From Hydrurus foetidus (lineage: Eukaryota), in NCBI GenBank assembly GCA_900617105.1, contig UYFQ01000006.1, forward strand, positions 496,001 to 560,000: a DNA stretch of 64,000 nucleotides, in the 5' to 3' direction. Numbering within the stretch: the first letter of the stretch is position 1; every line of letters starts with the position of its first letter. A program made the position numbers and the translations under genes. The notes beneath the pieces were generated by a model. That model did not search any database. It was not told the DNA's origin and was given only the letters and a program-made list of their open reading frames with translations. Below, piece by piece: positions 50,010 through 59,885 of the stretch.

Positions 50010-51529
50010 ACGCGGTCAAACCCACCCCCGTTTTGCGCATCAAGGCGCTGAGCAAGCGCTTTGGAGGCACCCAGGCCGTGGATACGGTCACGTTGGATGT
50101 TTTTGCGGGCGAAGTGCTGGCGTTGCTTGGCGAAAACGGTGCAGGCAAGTCTTCGCTGATCAAAATCTTGGCGGATGTGTACCAGCAAGACAGTGGCAGC
50201 ATCAGCTTATTGGGCATGGACGAGCCGCAATGGCGGGCCTTGCCTAAAGCGCAATTGCCAATGGCCTTTATCCACCAAGATTTAGGCTTGGTAGAGTGGA
50301 TGACGGTGGCAGAGAACATCGCCCTGGGCATGGGGTTTCCCAAGCGTTTTGGCTTGATCGACTGGAAGGCCACTGAGACCATTGCTCGCCGCGTGCTGGC
50401 CCGCGTGGGCTGTGACATCGACCCACGCCGCCGCGTGTTCACCCTGACCCGTGCCGAAAAATCGCTGTTGGCCATTGGCCGCGCCTTGGACACCCAGGCC
50501 AAAGTGCTGGTGCTGGACGAACCTACCGCCAGCCTGCCGATGGCCGATGTGGAGCGCCTCTTCACACTGCTGCGCCGCCTGCGCAGTGAAGGCGTAGCGA
50601 TGGTCTATGTATCGCACCGCTTAGACGAAATCATGGCGATTTCTGACCGTGCAGCCGTGATGCGCGACGGCAAACTGGTGGGCGTGCGTGACACCGCAGC
50701 CACTACCACGGATGCGCTGGTGGAGCTGATCGTGGGCCGCAAATTTGAAGGCGTGTCGCACAAAGCCCGCACACCCACAGCCAGCGCCCCGGTGGTGCTG
50801 CAACTTGAAGGCGTGTACACCGCCAACGCAGGGCCAGTGACCATGACGGTGCGCCAGGGCGAAGTGCTGGGCTTGATCGGCCTGCGTGGCGCGGGCCACG
50901 AAGCCGTCAGCCGGGCACTGTTTGGCTTGTCTGACATGGAGCGCGGTCAGGTCACGCTCTTGGGCCAGCCGTTGCAGGTCAGCAGCCCCGCAGACGCTAT
51001 CGCCAAAGGCATTGGTTTGGTGGCGGCTGACCGGCTGGAAGAAAACCTGGGCGCGGCACTCTCGGTCAAAGAAAACCTGTTCCCCAACCCGGCGCTGATT
51101 TTGGGGAAATTGATGGCACGGCTGCGCCGCCAAACCGAGGACAGCCAAGCCGCCAGTTTGATTCAGCGTTTTGACGTGAACCCACCCGCCCCGCAGGCCG
51201 ATGTGCAAACCCTGAGCGGTGGCAACCAGCAAAAAGTGGTGCTGGCGCGGTGGATGAACCTGCAACTGCCCTTGCTGATTTTGGAAGAGCCTACCGCTGG
51301 GGTGGACGTGGGTGCCAAGCGGCAGATTTACGCCATCTTGCGCGAGCAAGCCGAGGCCGGAGCCTGCGTGCTGGTGGTGTCCACCGATTTTGAAGAAGTC
51401 GCCAACCTGTGTACACGTGCGCTGGTGTTCCGTGACGGGCAGGTGGCCCACGAGTTAACCGGCGATGCACTGACGGTGCCGCGCTTGCTGGTGGCCTCAT
51501 CAGGGCAAATAGAACCTGCCACAGCGTAA
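50006..51529 (+). CDS. CUT2 sugar ABC transporter ATP-binding protein
   Basis: GENGAGKS, LDEPT, LSGGNQQKV; two NBDs. Confidence 0.95.
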   Translation: MNAVKPTPVLRIKALSKRFGGTQAVDTVTLDVFAGEVLALLGENGAGKSSLIKILADVYQQDSGSISLLGMDEPQWRALPKAQLPMAFIHQDLGLVEWMTVAENIALGMGFPKRFGLIDWKATETIARRVLARVGCDIDPRRRVFTLTRAEKSLLAIGRALDTQAKVLVLDEPTASLPMADVERLFTLLRRLRSEGVAMVYVSHRLDEIMAISDRAAVMRDGKLVGVRDTAATTTDALVELIVGRKFEGVSHKARTPTASAPVVLQLEGVYTANAGPVTMTVRQGEVLGLIGLRGAGHEAVSRALFGLSDMERGQVTLLGQPLQVSSPADAIAKGIGLVAADRLEENLGAALSVKENLFPNPALILGKLMARLRRQTEDSQAASLIQRFDVNPPAPQADVQTLSGGNQQKVVLARWMNLQLPLLILEEPTAGVDVGAKRQIYAILREQAEAGACVLVVSTDFEEVANLCTRALVFRDGQVAHELTGDALTVPRLLVASSGQIEPATA

Positions 51530-51586
51530 GCCCTCATTGCCCGCAAGATATTCCCAGAACAAACACCCCATAACGAAGAGACAAAA

Positions 51587-52669
51587 ATGACCACATCCAT
51601 TGGCGCCACAGCCTTAGAGCCCGATCCCAGTTTCGACACCCAAAGCCGAGGCTTGCTGTCTGCCATCGGCCAGTATGTCCCGGTCTACGGCCTGCCTGCC
51701 TTGACGCTGGTGCTGATTGTTTTGTTCTCCGTCATGCTGCCCGATACCTTTCCCACGCTGTTCAATTTGCGCTCTATCTTGAGCGACAAATCCGTCATTG
51801 CCCTGTTGGCACTGGCCGCCACGATACCGATGATGACGGGCAAGATCGACCTGACAGTCGGCTACGGCATTGTGCTGTGGCATATCTTGGCGATCAGCCT
51901 GCAAACCAAGTTGGGTTTGTCTTGGCCTGTGGCCGTGCTGATCGTTTTGGCCTGCGGTGCGCTGTTTGGTTTGCTCAACGGTATCTTGGTGGAGCAAGCC
52001 CAAATTGACTCCTTCATCGCCACCTTGGGCACAGGCACCGTGCTGTATGCCGTGGCGCTGTGGCACAGCGGTGGCCGCCAAGTGCTCGGGGACTTGCCCA
52101 ACGGTTTTGTGGCGATTGCAGGTGGCGAGTTATTCGGCTTGCCGATCACCGCGTTTTATGTGCTGGCCATTGCCGTGGTGCTGTGGCTGGTCAGTGAGCA
52201 CACCCCCATTGGACGAGCACTCTACGTGATTGGCTCCAACCCCAAGGCCGCCGTGCTCAATGGCATTCCTTTGCAAAAGTGCGTGATGGGTGCCTTTGTG
52301 GCCTCCGGCACGCTGTCCGCCTTTGCGGGGGTGGTACTGGCTTCACGCTTGCAAATTGGGCAAGCAGGTGTGGGACTGGAGTTTTTACTGCCTGCGTTGG
52401 TAGGTGCTTTTTTGGGCTCCACCACCATCCGCCCAGGGCGTGTGAACGTGTGGGGCAGTTTGGTCGGTGTGGCTATTTTGGCCGTCGGCATCTCGGGCAT
52501 CCAACAGTTTGGCGGGGCCTTTTTTGTGGAGCCGTTGTTCAACGGTTTGACTCTGCTGGTCTCCATCGGTATTGCAGGTTACGCCCAACGCAAGCGTGGC
52601 CAGTCCATCAAACGTCGCATTGCTGAACAGCAGATGGCGACAGTCCATCACCAACCCGCCTCAGTTTGA
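51587..52669 (+). CDS. CUT2 sugar ABC transporter permease
   Basis: IDLTVG, FIATLG, GRALYVIGSN. Confidence 0.93.
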   Translation: MTTSIGATALEPDPSFDTQSRGLLSAIGQYVPVYGLPALTLVLIVLFSVMLPDTFPTLFNLRSILSDKSVIALLALAATIPMMTGKIDLTVGYGIVLWHILAISLQTKLGLSWPVAVLIVLACGALFGLLNGILVEQAQIDSFIATLGTGTVLYAVALWHSGGRQVLGDLPNGFVAIAGGELFGLPITAFYVLAIAVVLWLVSEHTPIGRALYVIGSNPKAAVLNGIPLQKCVMGAFVASGTLSAFAGVVLASRLQIGQAGVGLEFLLPALVGAFLGSTTIRPGRVNVWGSLVGVAILAVGISGIQQFGGAFFVEPLFNGLTLLVSIGIAGYAQRKRGQSIKRRIAEQQMATVHHQPASV

Positions 52670-52688
52670 GGTTTTTTCGGAGACAAGC

Positions 52689-53819
52689 ATGAACAACATG
52701 AGCAAAAAAATGACCCCTTCTCACTTCACTCACTTCACCCGCCACACCTTGGTGCTGGCATTGGCGTTGACAGGCGCATGCAGCAGCGTTTTAGCCGATG
52801 ACTTTTTGGACATGGCCAAAAAGAAAGTGGCTGCAGCCACGGGCGCTAAAACCACCTGGGATGGCCCCAGCACAGGCCCCAAGGCGGCTGCGGGTAAAAC
52901 CATTGTGTTTGTCGCCTCTGACATGCGCAACGGCGGCACTTTGGGGGTTTCCAAAGGCGTCGAAGAAGCCGCCGCCGCCATTGGCTGGAAAGTGCGCGTA
53001 TTGGACGGCCAAGGCACCGTGCAAGGCCGCACCGCCGCCTTCAACCAAGCCATTGCATTGAAGGCGGATGGCGTGCTGTTGGGTGGGTTTGATGCCAAAG
53101 AACAAGCCGCAGGCGTGCAAACCGCCACCAAAGCCAACATCCCCGTCGTGGGCTGGCATGCGGCCAAAGACGCTGGTGCGGTCGATGGCATGTTCTTCAA
53201 CGTGACAACCAGCGCCCAAGATGTGGCAGAAATCGCGGCCCTCCATGCGGTGGCCACCTCCAACGGCAAAGCGGGCGTGGTGGTGTTCACCGATTCGGCC
53301 TACGCTGTCGCCATTGCCAAATCGAACGCCATGGCCGAGGTCATCAAAAAATGCACGGGCTGCACCTTGCTGGGCATTGAAGACACGCCGCTGGCCGACA
53401 CGTCTAACCGCATGCCACAACTCACCACCTCGCTGGTGCAGCGGCATGGTGCCAAATGGACGCATTCACTGGGCATCAACGATTTGTACTTCGACTTCAT
53501 GGGGCCAACGCTGCAAGCCGCAGGCGGTGCAGCCAAAGACCTGAAAAACCTCTCGGGCGGTGATGGTTCGGAATCCGCCTACCAGCGCATTCGCAACAAC
53601 CGCTTCCAAGCGGGTACGGTGCCTGAGCCACTCAATATGCACGGCTGGCAAATGGTGGACGAGGTGAACCGGGCGCTGTCAGCGCAAAAGCCCAGTGGTT
53701 ATTCCACACCCGTGCATTTGGTCACGGCTGAAAACATCAAAGGCGATGGCGGCCCTAAGAACAGCTTTGACCCTGACAACGGCTACCGCGCCGCTTATAA
53801 AAAGATTTGGGCCAAGTAA
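52689..53819 (+). CDS. CUT2 sugar ABC transporter substrate-binding protein
   Basis: Signal peptide ending VLA; WDGPSTGP; periplasmic-binding-protein pattern. Confidence 0.9.
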   Translation: MNNMSKKMTPSHFTHFTRHTLVLALALTGACSSVLADDFLDMAKKKVAAATGAKTTWDGPSTGPKAAAGKTIVFVASDMRNGGTLGVSKGVEEAAAAIGWKVRVLDGQGTVQGRTAAFNQAIALKADGVLLGGFDAKEQAAGVQTATKANIPVVGWHAAKDAGAVDGMFFNVTTSAQDVAEIAALHAVATSNGKAGVVVFTDSAYAVAIAKSNAMAEVIKKCTGCTLLGIEDTPLADTSNRMPQLTTSLVQRHGAKWTHSLGINDLYFDFMGPTLQAAGGAAKDLKNLSGGDGSESAYQRIRNNRFQAGTVPEPLNMHGWQMVDEVNRALSAQKPSGYSTPVHLVTAENIKGDGGPKNSFDPDNGYRAAYKKIWAK

Positions 53820-53858
53820 GCACGAAGTTTGCAAATAGGCACACCAACAAGCGCCCCC

Positions 53859-54557
53859 ATGCTGACAGAAACACTTTCATGGTTGCTCTTGCCCTTGAGC
53901 GGCAGCAGCACGCACGAGGTATCGGCTTCGGTGTCATGGCATGGGCGTTTGATGGTGCTCAGCTGGGGGGTGCTGCTGCCGCTGGGCGTGCTGGTGGCGC
54001 GGTTTTTCAAAGTCATGCCGGGGCAAGACTGGCCGCGCGTGTTGGACAACCAACGCTGGTGGAAGGCGCACCTGCACGGGCAAAGCTGGGGCGTGGCGCT
54101 GGCTTTGGTGGGTGTGGCGCTGGTTTGGGGCCATGCGGCGGGGGCAACACCATCCGCGCAATGGCACGGGGTTTTGGGTTGGTCGGTGATGGCGCTGGCG
54201 CTGGCTCAGGTGCTGGCAGGCTTGGCCCGAGGCTCCAAAGGCGGGCCCACAGCGCCCACCTTGCGTGGCGACCACTACGATATGACCCCCTGGCGCAAAG
54301 CGTTTGAGCGGCTGCACAAAACAGGGGGCTATGTGGCGCTGCTGCTGGCAATGGTGGCCTTGGCACTCGGGCTGGTGGTGGCGGATGCACCCCGTGGGAT
54401 GGTGCTGGGTTTAGGGGCTTGGTGGGTGGTGCTGGTGGCGGTCTTTGTGTGGCTTCAAGCGCAAGGCCGCTGCATCGACACGTACCAAGCCATTTGGGGG
54501 CCAGATGAGCGTCACCCTGGTAATCAAATGAAGCAGATGAAGAAAGAGACAAGATGA
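53859..54557 (+). CDS. Cytochrome b561 domain membrane protein
   Basis: Four conserved His (WHGRLM, KAHLH, WHGVLG, LHKTGG) on TM helices. Confidence 0.85.
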   Translation: MLTETLSWLLLPLSGSSTHEVSASVSWHGRLMVLSWGVLLPLGVLVARFFKVMPGQDWPRVLDNQRWWKAHLHGQSWGVALALVGVALVWGHAAGATPSAQWHGVLGWSVMALALAQVLAGLARGSKGGPTAPTLRGDHYDMTPWRKAFERLHKTGGYVALLLAMVALALGLVVADAPRGMVLGLGAWWVVLVAVFVWLQAQGRCIDTYQAIWGPDERHPGNQMKQMKKETR

Positions 54558-54964
54558 AACAAGCGACTCCAGGTTTACAGCTCCAAGGTGTGGGCAAACG
54601 CTTTGGCGATGTGCGGGTGGTGCAAGCGCTGGATTTGACCGTGCAGCAGGGCGAATTCGTCGTGCTGCTGGGCGAATCAGGCTGCGGCAAATCCACCACC
54701 CTGCGCATGATCGCCGGGCTGGAAGAGGTTAGCGAAGGCCGCATTTTCATCGGCGGCAAAGACGTGACCCATGCCGCCCCGATGGCGCGTGACATTGCGA
54801 TGGTGTTCCAAAACTACGCGCTGTACCCGCACATGGATGTGGCGCAAAACATGAGCTTTGCGCTGGACTTGGCGGGCACGCCCAAGGCGGACATCGAGCG
54901 CCGCGTGGCCGATGCAGCCAAGATTTTGAACATCACCCATTTGCTGGCCCGCAAGCCCAAAGAA

Positions 54965-54996
<32 letters not shown>

Positions 54997-55615
54997 TGGC
55001 CGCTCTATCGTGCGTGAACCTGCGGTGTTTTTGTTCGACGAACCCCTCTCTAACCTCGATGCCAAACTGCGCGGCCACATGCGTACCGAGCTGGCCCTGC
55101 TGCACGAGCGCCTGGGCAAAACCACGGTGTACGTGACGCACGACCAGGTGGAAGCCATGACGCTGGCCTCGCGCATCGTGATTTTTGACAAAGGCCGCAT
55201 CCAGCAGGTGGGCGCACCGTCCGAGGTGTTCAACCAACCTGCGAACCTGTTCGTCGCCGCTTTCATTGGCATGCCCAGCATGAATTTGCTGGACGCGGCT
55301 TCCTTCTCTTTTGCGCTGCCGAATGACCGTGTCTTGCCTGCGCAATTGGTGGTGGGTGTGCGCCCGCAGTCACTGCGGTTGGCGGACAGTGCGGGCACAG
55401 GCGTGGGTGCTGGTGCCTTGCAGATGAAGGTGAGCTTCGTCGAGTACCTGGGGACGGAATCGGTGCTGGTGGGCCAGTTGGCAGGCAGTGCCGAGGCGCG
55501 TACCACCGCTGTGGTTCCTGGCCACCGCACCGATTTGCTGCACCAAACCGTGGGGCTGGAGGTTGACCCAGCGGCCCTGCATTGGTTCGACAAGGCCACA
55601 GGCTTACGCGTCTGA
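54554..55615 (+). CDS. CUT1 (MalK-like) ABC ATP-binding protein
   Basis: GESGCGKS, VFQNYALYPH, LSGGQRQR, DEPLSNLD. Confidence 0.96.
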
Positions 55616-55669
55616 GTGCGCGCGCAAATGCCCATGTGGATTTGATTTTTTAACCTGTTGGAGACAACC

Positions 55670-57010
55670 ATGAAGAGAAGAACATTGATCCAGTCTGCCG
55701 GGGGCACTGCCCTGGGTTTGATGGGCGCAGGCCTGCCCTTGGTCGGCATGGCGCAAGACCGTTTTGCCAAGTACAAAGGCCAAACCGTGGTGATGAGCAT
55801 CCCGGCCCATCCGCATTACGACGCGATGCTCAAGCTGCTGCCCGAGTTCACTAAGCAAACCGGCATCAAAGTTGAATTTGACAAACTGGCCGTGCCCCGC
55901 ATGAAGGACAAACAGGTGCTGGAAATGGCCAAGCCCCAAGGTGATTACGACCTGGTGTGCTACGTGGTGATGTGGAAGGGCGAGTACGTCAAAAAGAACC
56001 TGATCCGCGAACTCGACCCGTTCTTTAAAAATCCGGCGCTGGCCGACCCCGAGTACGACTTCAAAGACGTGGTTCCCCGCTATGTCGAAAACATCGGTCT
56101 GGTGGGTGGCCCCAAAGGCTATTTGGCGGGCCCCGGTGCCAAGCTGTACGGCATGCCCTACGGCGCGGAAACCTCCATCCTGGCCTACCGCCGCGATGTG
56201 TTTGCCAAGCTCAACCTGCAAGCGCCTGAGACCTACACCGATCTGGAAAAACTCTTGCCCGTGCTGAAAGACAAAGCCGGCATAGGGGCCATGACCTCGC
56301 GCGGCCAAGCCGGGCACCAGTGCGTGCATGCGTGGTTGCTGCACTTGAATCCCCTGGGCGGCAAAGTGTTTGATGCCAACTGGAAACCCGTCTTCAACAA
56401 TGACATCGGCGTGAAAGCCCTGAAGATGCTGAAGCTGATTTCCGACACCGGCCCGGTCGGTGTGCCCGGCTACGGCCAAGGCGAGATGATTACCTCGTTC
56501 TTGCAAGGCCAGTCGGCGATGTACCTGGATTCGTCCCTGATTTTTGGGCAGGTCAACGACCCGGCCAAATCGAAAATCGCAGGGCAGGTCAGCTACGTGG
56601 TACACCCGAAAGGCACGCGCTACTCGTCGCAATCGGGCGGCTTGGGGCTGGCGATTCCGAAGAACGCCAAGAACCCCGATGCCGCGTTTTTGCTGATGCA
56701 GTGGCTGACCAGCAAAGCGCAGGACAAAGCCGTCTGCCGCGCTGGCGGTGTGCCCACCCGCAATTCCACGCTGATGGACGCGGACATGGTGCGCCAGTAC
56801 CCCGAGTACATCACCTTGCGCCAGCAGCTGGAGTATTCCGACCCTGATTGGCGGCCCATCATTGCCGAGTGGGACGAAATCAACATCCAGGCGCTGGGTG
56901 TGGCGGTGTCCGAAGCCCTGACCGGCAAAAAGACCCCCGAGGAAGCCCTGAATGGCATCGTGCCCAAGGTGACGGACATCATGAAGCGCGGCGGCTACCT
57001 CAAGGGCTGA
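55670..57010 (+). CDS. CUT1 ABC substrate-binding protein with twin-arginine-like signal
   Basis: MKRRTLIQ; SD GGAG; LYGMPYGAET. Confidence 0.9.
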   Translation: MKRRTLIQSAGGTALGLMGAGLPLVGMAQDRFAKYKGQTVVMSIPAHPHYDAMLKLLPEFTKQTGIKVEFDKLAVPRMKDKQVLEMAKPQGDYDLVCYVVMWKGEYVKKNLIRELDPFFKNPALADPEYDFKDVVPRYVENIGLVGGPKGYLAGPGAKLYGMPYGAETSILAYRRDVFAKLNLQAPETYTDLEKLLPVLKDKAGIGAMTSRGQAGHQCVHAWLLHLNPLGGKVFDANWKPVFNNDIGVKALKMLKLISDTGPVGVPGYGQGEMITSFLQGQSAMYLDSSLIFGQVNDPAKSKIAGQVSYVVHPKGTRYSSQSGGLGLAIPKNAKNPDAAFLLMQWLTSKAQDKAVCRAGGVPTRNSTLMDADMVRQYPEYITLRQQLEYSDPDWRPIIAEWDEINIQALGVAVSEALTGKKTPEEALNGIVPKVTDIMKRGGYLKG

Positions 57011-57018
57011 TTCAGGCC

Positions 57019-57074
57019 ACTACAAAAACAATAGCTGCATGCGCATACAGAATAAGCGCAGGAAGCCTATTTGA
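57019..57074 (+). repeat. Dispersed two-palindrome motif, intergenic forward copy
   Basis: ACTAC AAAAACA ATAGC TGCATG CGCATACAGAATAAGCGC AGGAAGCCTATTTGA. Confidence 0.88.
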
Positions 57075-57085
57075 TCGGATTTTTC

Positions 57086-57967
57086 ATGCGAACACCTTCC
57101 TGGGTTCCCCTGGTCTACCTCGGGCCCGCAGTGGCCGTGATGGCCGTGGCCTGCCTTTACCCGCTGCTGTCAGCCTTGCAGCTGGGCTTTTACGACTGGA
57201 GCATGGGCACGCCCTGGGGCGAAGCCAAGTGGGTGGGGCTGGACGCCTTCACCACCGCGTTCAACGACGCGGCGGTGTGGCGATCTTTGGGCACCACGCT
57301 GCTGTTCGCCTTTGTCTGCGTGGTGGCGGAGATGAGCCTGGGCATTGCCCTGGCGCTGGGCCTGGAGGGCGACGTGCGCGGCATGGCTTTTTTCCGCACG
57401 CTGTTCATCTTGCCGATGATGATCGCGCCCATCGCCGTGGGCCTGACATGGCGCTACCTGTTTGATGCGCAGTTTGGCCTGCTCAACGCCATCCTCGCCG
57501 TCTTCGGTGCCGCCCCAGTGGGTTGGTTAGCGCAAGAAAGCACGGCCTTCATGGCGATCATCATTGCCGACATTTGGCAGTGGACGCCGTTCGTCTTCAT
57601 CATGATGATCGCCGCACTGGCGAACGTGGACGGTGCCGTGATCGAAGCCGCCCGCATTGACGGTGCCAACTGGTGGCAGACCACCTTCCGCGTCAAGCTG
57701 CCAATGGTGATGAACGTGATCGTCATCACCCTGCTGATGCGCCTGATTGACGCTTTCCGCGTGCTGGAGGTGATCTACATCCTGACCTTTGGTGGCCCTG
57801 GTGACAGCACCGAAATTTTGTCGCTGCACATTTACAAAACCGCCTTTGTCAGCCAGCGCCTGGGCAGCGCCGCCGCCATTTCGGTGCTGCTGTTGGTGGT
57901 GGTGGCCGCGTTGTCGTGGTTCGCCCTGCGGCTCTCTAACCCCCTGAAAGAAGAGGAGCGCAAGTAA
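57086..57967 (+). CDS. CUT1 ABC permease
   Basis: DIWQWTPF, EAARIDGA. Confidence 0.95.
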   Translation: MRTPSWVPLVYLGPAVAVMAVACLYPLLSALQLGFYDWSMGTPWGEAKWVGLDAFTTAFNDAAVWRSLGTTLLFAFVCVVAEMSLGIALALGLEGDVRGMAFFRTLFILPMMIAPIAVGLTWRYLFDAQFGLLNAILAVFGAAPVGWLAQESTAFMAIIIADIWQWTPFVFIMMIAALANVDGAVIEAARIDGANWWQTTFRVKLPMVMNVIVITLLMRLIDAFRVLEVIYILTFGGPGDSTEILSLHIYKTAFVSQRLGSAAAISVLLLVVVAALSWFALRLSNPLKEEERK

Positions 57968-58816
57968 ATGAGCACCAGCACAACCAACGGCATGAAACGC
58001 CACCCCGCCATCGTCGCCGCGCACTACTCGGCGCTGGTCTTTTTGGCCATCGCCTGCGTGGCCCCCATCATCGTGATGTTTGCGACTTCGCTGAAGCTGC
58101 AAACGCAGATTTTCACCAGCGGCATCAACTTCATCTTCACCCCCACGCTGGAAAACTACCGCGAGGTGCTGGGCGAAGGCAGCTTCACCCGCTACCTGAC
58201 CAACAGCCTGATCGTGGGCGTGGTCTCCACCGTCATCACCCTGGTGCTGGGCTGCATGGCGGCTTACGGGCTGGCGCGGTTTCGGTTCATGGGCAGAAAA
58301 ACCATCGCCTACACCACGCTGCTGCTGCGCACCGTGCCGCTGGCCGTGCTGGCGGTGCCCGTCTTCATGGTCTGGAGCCAAGCCGGGCTGATTAACTCGC
58401 TGTGGGGCTTGATCTTGCTCTACGTCGCGGTCAATTTGCCGTTCGCCATCTGGCTGCTTTACGGCTTTATCCAGCAAGTCCCCCAAGAGCTGGAAGAAGC
58501 CGCCGCCATCGACGGCTGCGGCCCCATCAAGGTGTTTTACAAAGTGGTGCTGCCGCTCATCAAACCCGGCATTGCCGCAGCGTCCATCTTCACCTTCCGC
58601 ATCGCCTGGAACGAATTCATCCTGGCCCTGGTGCTGACCGACCGCGCCACCCGCACCCTTCCCGTCGCCGCATCGCTCTACATCACCGACATCGGCGTGG
58701 ACTGGGGCAAGATCATGGCGCTGGGCAGTTTGATCGCCATCCCGCCGCTGATTTTCACGTTCATCGCCGCACGGCAGATCATCACGGGGCTGACGGCGGG
58801 GGCGGTGAAGGGCTAG
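57968..58816 (+). CDS. CUT1 ABC permease
   Basis: LEEAAAIDG, AWNEF, GLTAGAVKG. Confidence 0.95.
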   Translation: MSTSTTNGMKRHPAIVAAHYSALVFLAIACVAPIIVMFATSLKLQTQIFTSGINFIFTPTLENYREVLGEGSFTRYLTNSLIVGVVSTVITLVLGCMAAYGLARFRFMGRKTIAYTTLLLRTVPLAVLAVPVFMVWSQAGLINSLWGLILLYVAVNLPFAIWLLYGFIQQVPQELEEAAAIDGCGPIKVFYKVVLPLIKPGIAAASIFTFRIAWNEFILALVLTDRATRTLPVAASLYITDIGVDWGKIMALGSLIAIPPLIFTFIAARQIITGLTAGAVKG

Positions 58817-58818
58817 GC

Positions 58819-59427
58819 TCAGCGGCTGTCCAGCCCTTCCAGCGCGAACACCGGCACATCCGCCCGCCGACTCAGCCAGAGGCCGCCGCCCAACTCGGTG
58901 AAGCCGCTGGACAAGCCACTGCGGTACAGCGCCACGGGGTGCTGGAACAGCATGGGGTCGGTCAGCGTTTCGTCCACCCGGTCTTTGTCCCAATCCTCGC
59001 GGGCAATGGCTTCCACGTAGACCGCACCGGTGCACAGGCGGGCCAGATTACGCAGGGCGAGCTGGGCATCTTCGGCGCTCAGGTAGGGCAAAACGCCTTG
59101 GCAAATCACCAAGTCAAACGGTGCTTTCGCACGGTAGTCCACCACCGAGCCACGTTCCCAGCCGAAACGCTCGCACAGGTACGTGCTGTATTCCACGCCG
59201 TGAAAGCTCGCGTGCGGGTAGTGCCGGGCGATTTGGTCGCGCCACAGGCCGATGCCGCAGCCCACATCGAGCACCCGCGTGACGGGTACGCGCAGGAACT
59301 TCAAGTAGCTGCACACAAAGGCACCCAGCCGGTCAACGTGTGCCGGGTCGGCTACGCTGGTTTTCTTGTCGAAGTAGAAGCGCTGGTAGTACGCTTCGTC
59401 GAACACAGTCTGGCTTGCCGATGTCAT
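58819..59427 (-). CDS. Class I SAM-dependent methyltransferase
   Basis: VLDVGCGIG, FDLVICQGVL. Confidence 0.88.
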   Translation of the reverse strand: MTSASQTVFDEAYYQRFYFDKKTSVADPAHVDRLGAFVCSYLKFLRVPVTRVLDVGCGIGLWRDQIARHYPHASFHGVEYSTYLCERFGWERGSVVDYRAKAPFDLVICQGVLPYLSAEDAQLALRNLARLCTGAVYVEAIAREDWDKDRVDETLTDPMLFQHPVALYRSGLSSGFTELGGGLWLSRRADVPVFALEGLDSR

Positions 59428-59495
59428 GGGGTGGGGAGGGGAGGGGAGGGGTGGGGGCTGCTGCTGAACTGAGGATGGCGTGGTTAAGTGGTCGC

Positions 59496-59885
59496 TCAAG
59501 TCGCCACTTTGGCAGGCCGGTGCAAGGCGCAAAGCTTGTTGCCGTCCGGGTCGCGCAGGTACGCCAGATAGAGCTTGCCCACCGCGCCATCACGCAAGCC
59601 CGGTGGGCCTTCGCAGGTGGTGCCGCCGTTGGCCACACCCGCCGCGTGAAAGGCATCGCCTTGCTCGGGCGACACCACGGTAAACCCGATGGTGCTGCCA
59701 TTGCCGTGCGTGGCAGTTTCGCCATTGATGGGCGTGGTGATCGCGAACGTGCCCGTGGGGCTGCGGTAGAAATACCGGTTCAAATTGGCGACGCCAGGGC
59801 CAATGCCCAGCGTGCCGAGTACCGCGTCGTAAAACTTCTTGGAAACCTCAAGGTCGTTAACACCGAGCATGACGTGACTGAACAT
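59496..59885 (-). CDS. VOC/glyoxalase family protein
   Basis: MFSHVMLGVNDL...FYDAVL...YLRDPDGNKL; SD GGAG. Confidence 0.93.
   Translation of the reverse strand: MFSHVMLGVNDLEVSKKFYDAVLGTLGIGPGVANLNRYFYRSPTGTFAITTPINGETATHGNGSTIGFTVVSPEQGDAFHAAGVANGGTTCEGPPGLRDGAVGKLYLAYLRDPDGNKLCALHRPAKVAT

Noticed and set aside
57527..59472. Long ORFs 57527-59035 (-) and 58402-59472 (+), and similar overlaps such as 61471-62640
   Set aside because: Shadow ORFs of well-supported genes in GC-rich DNA, with no recognisable motifs
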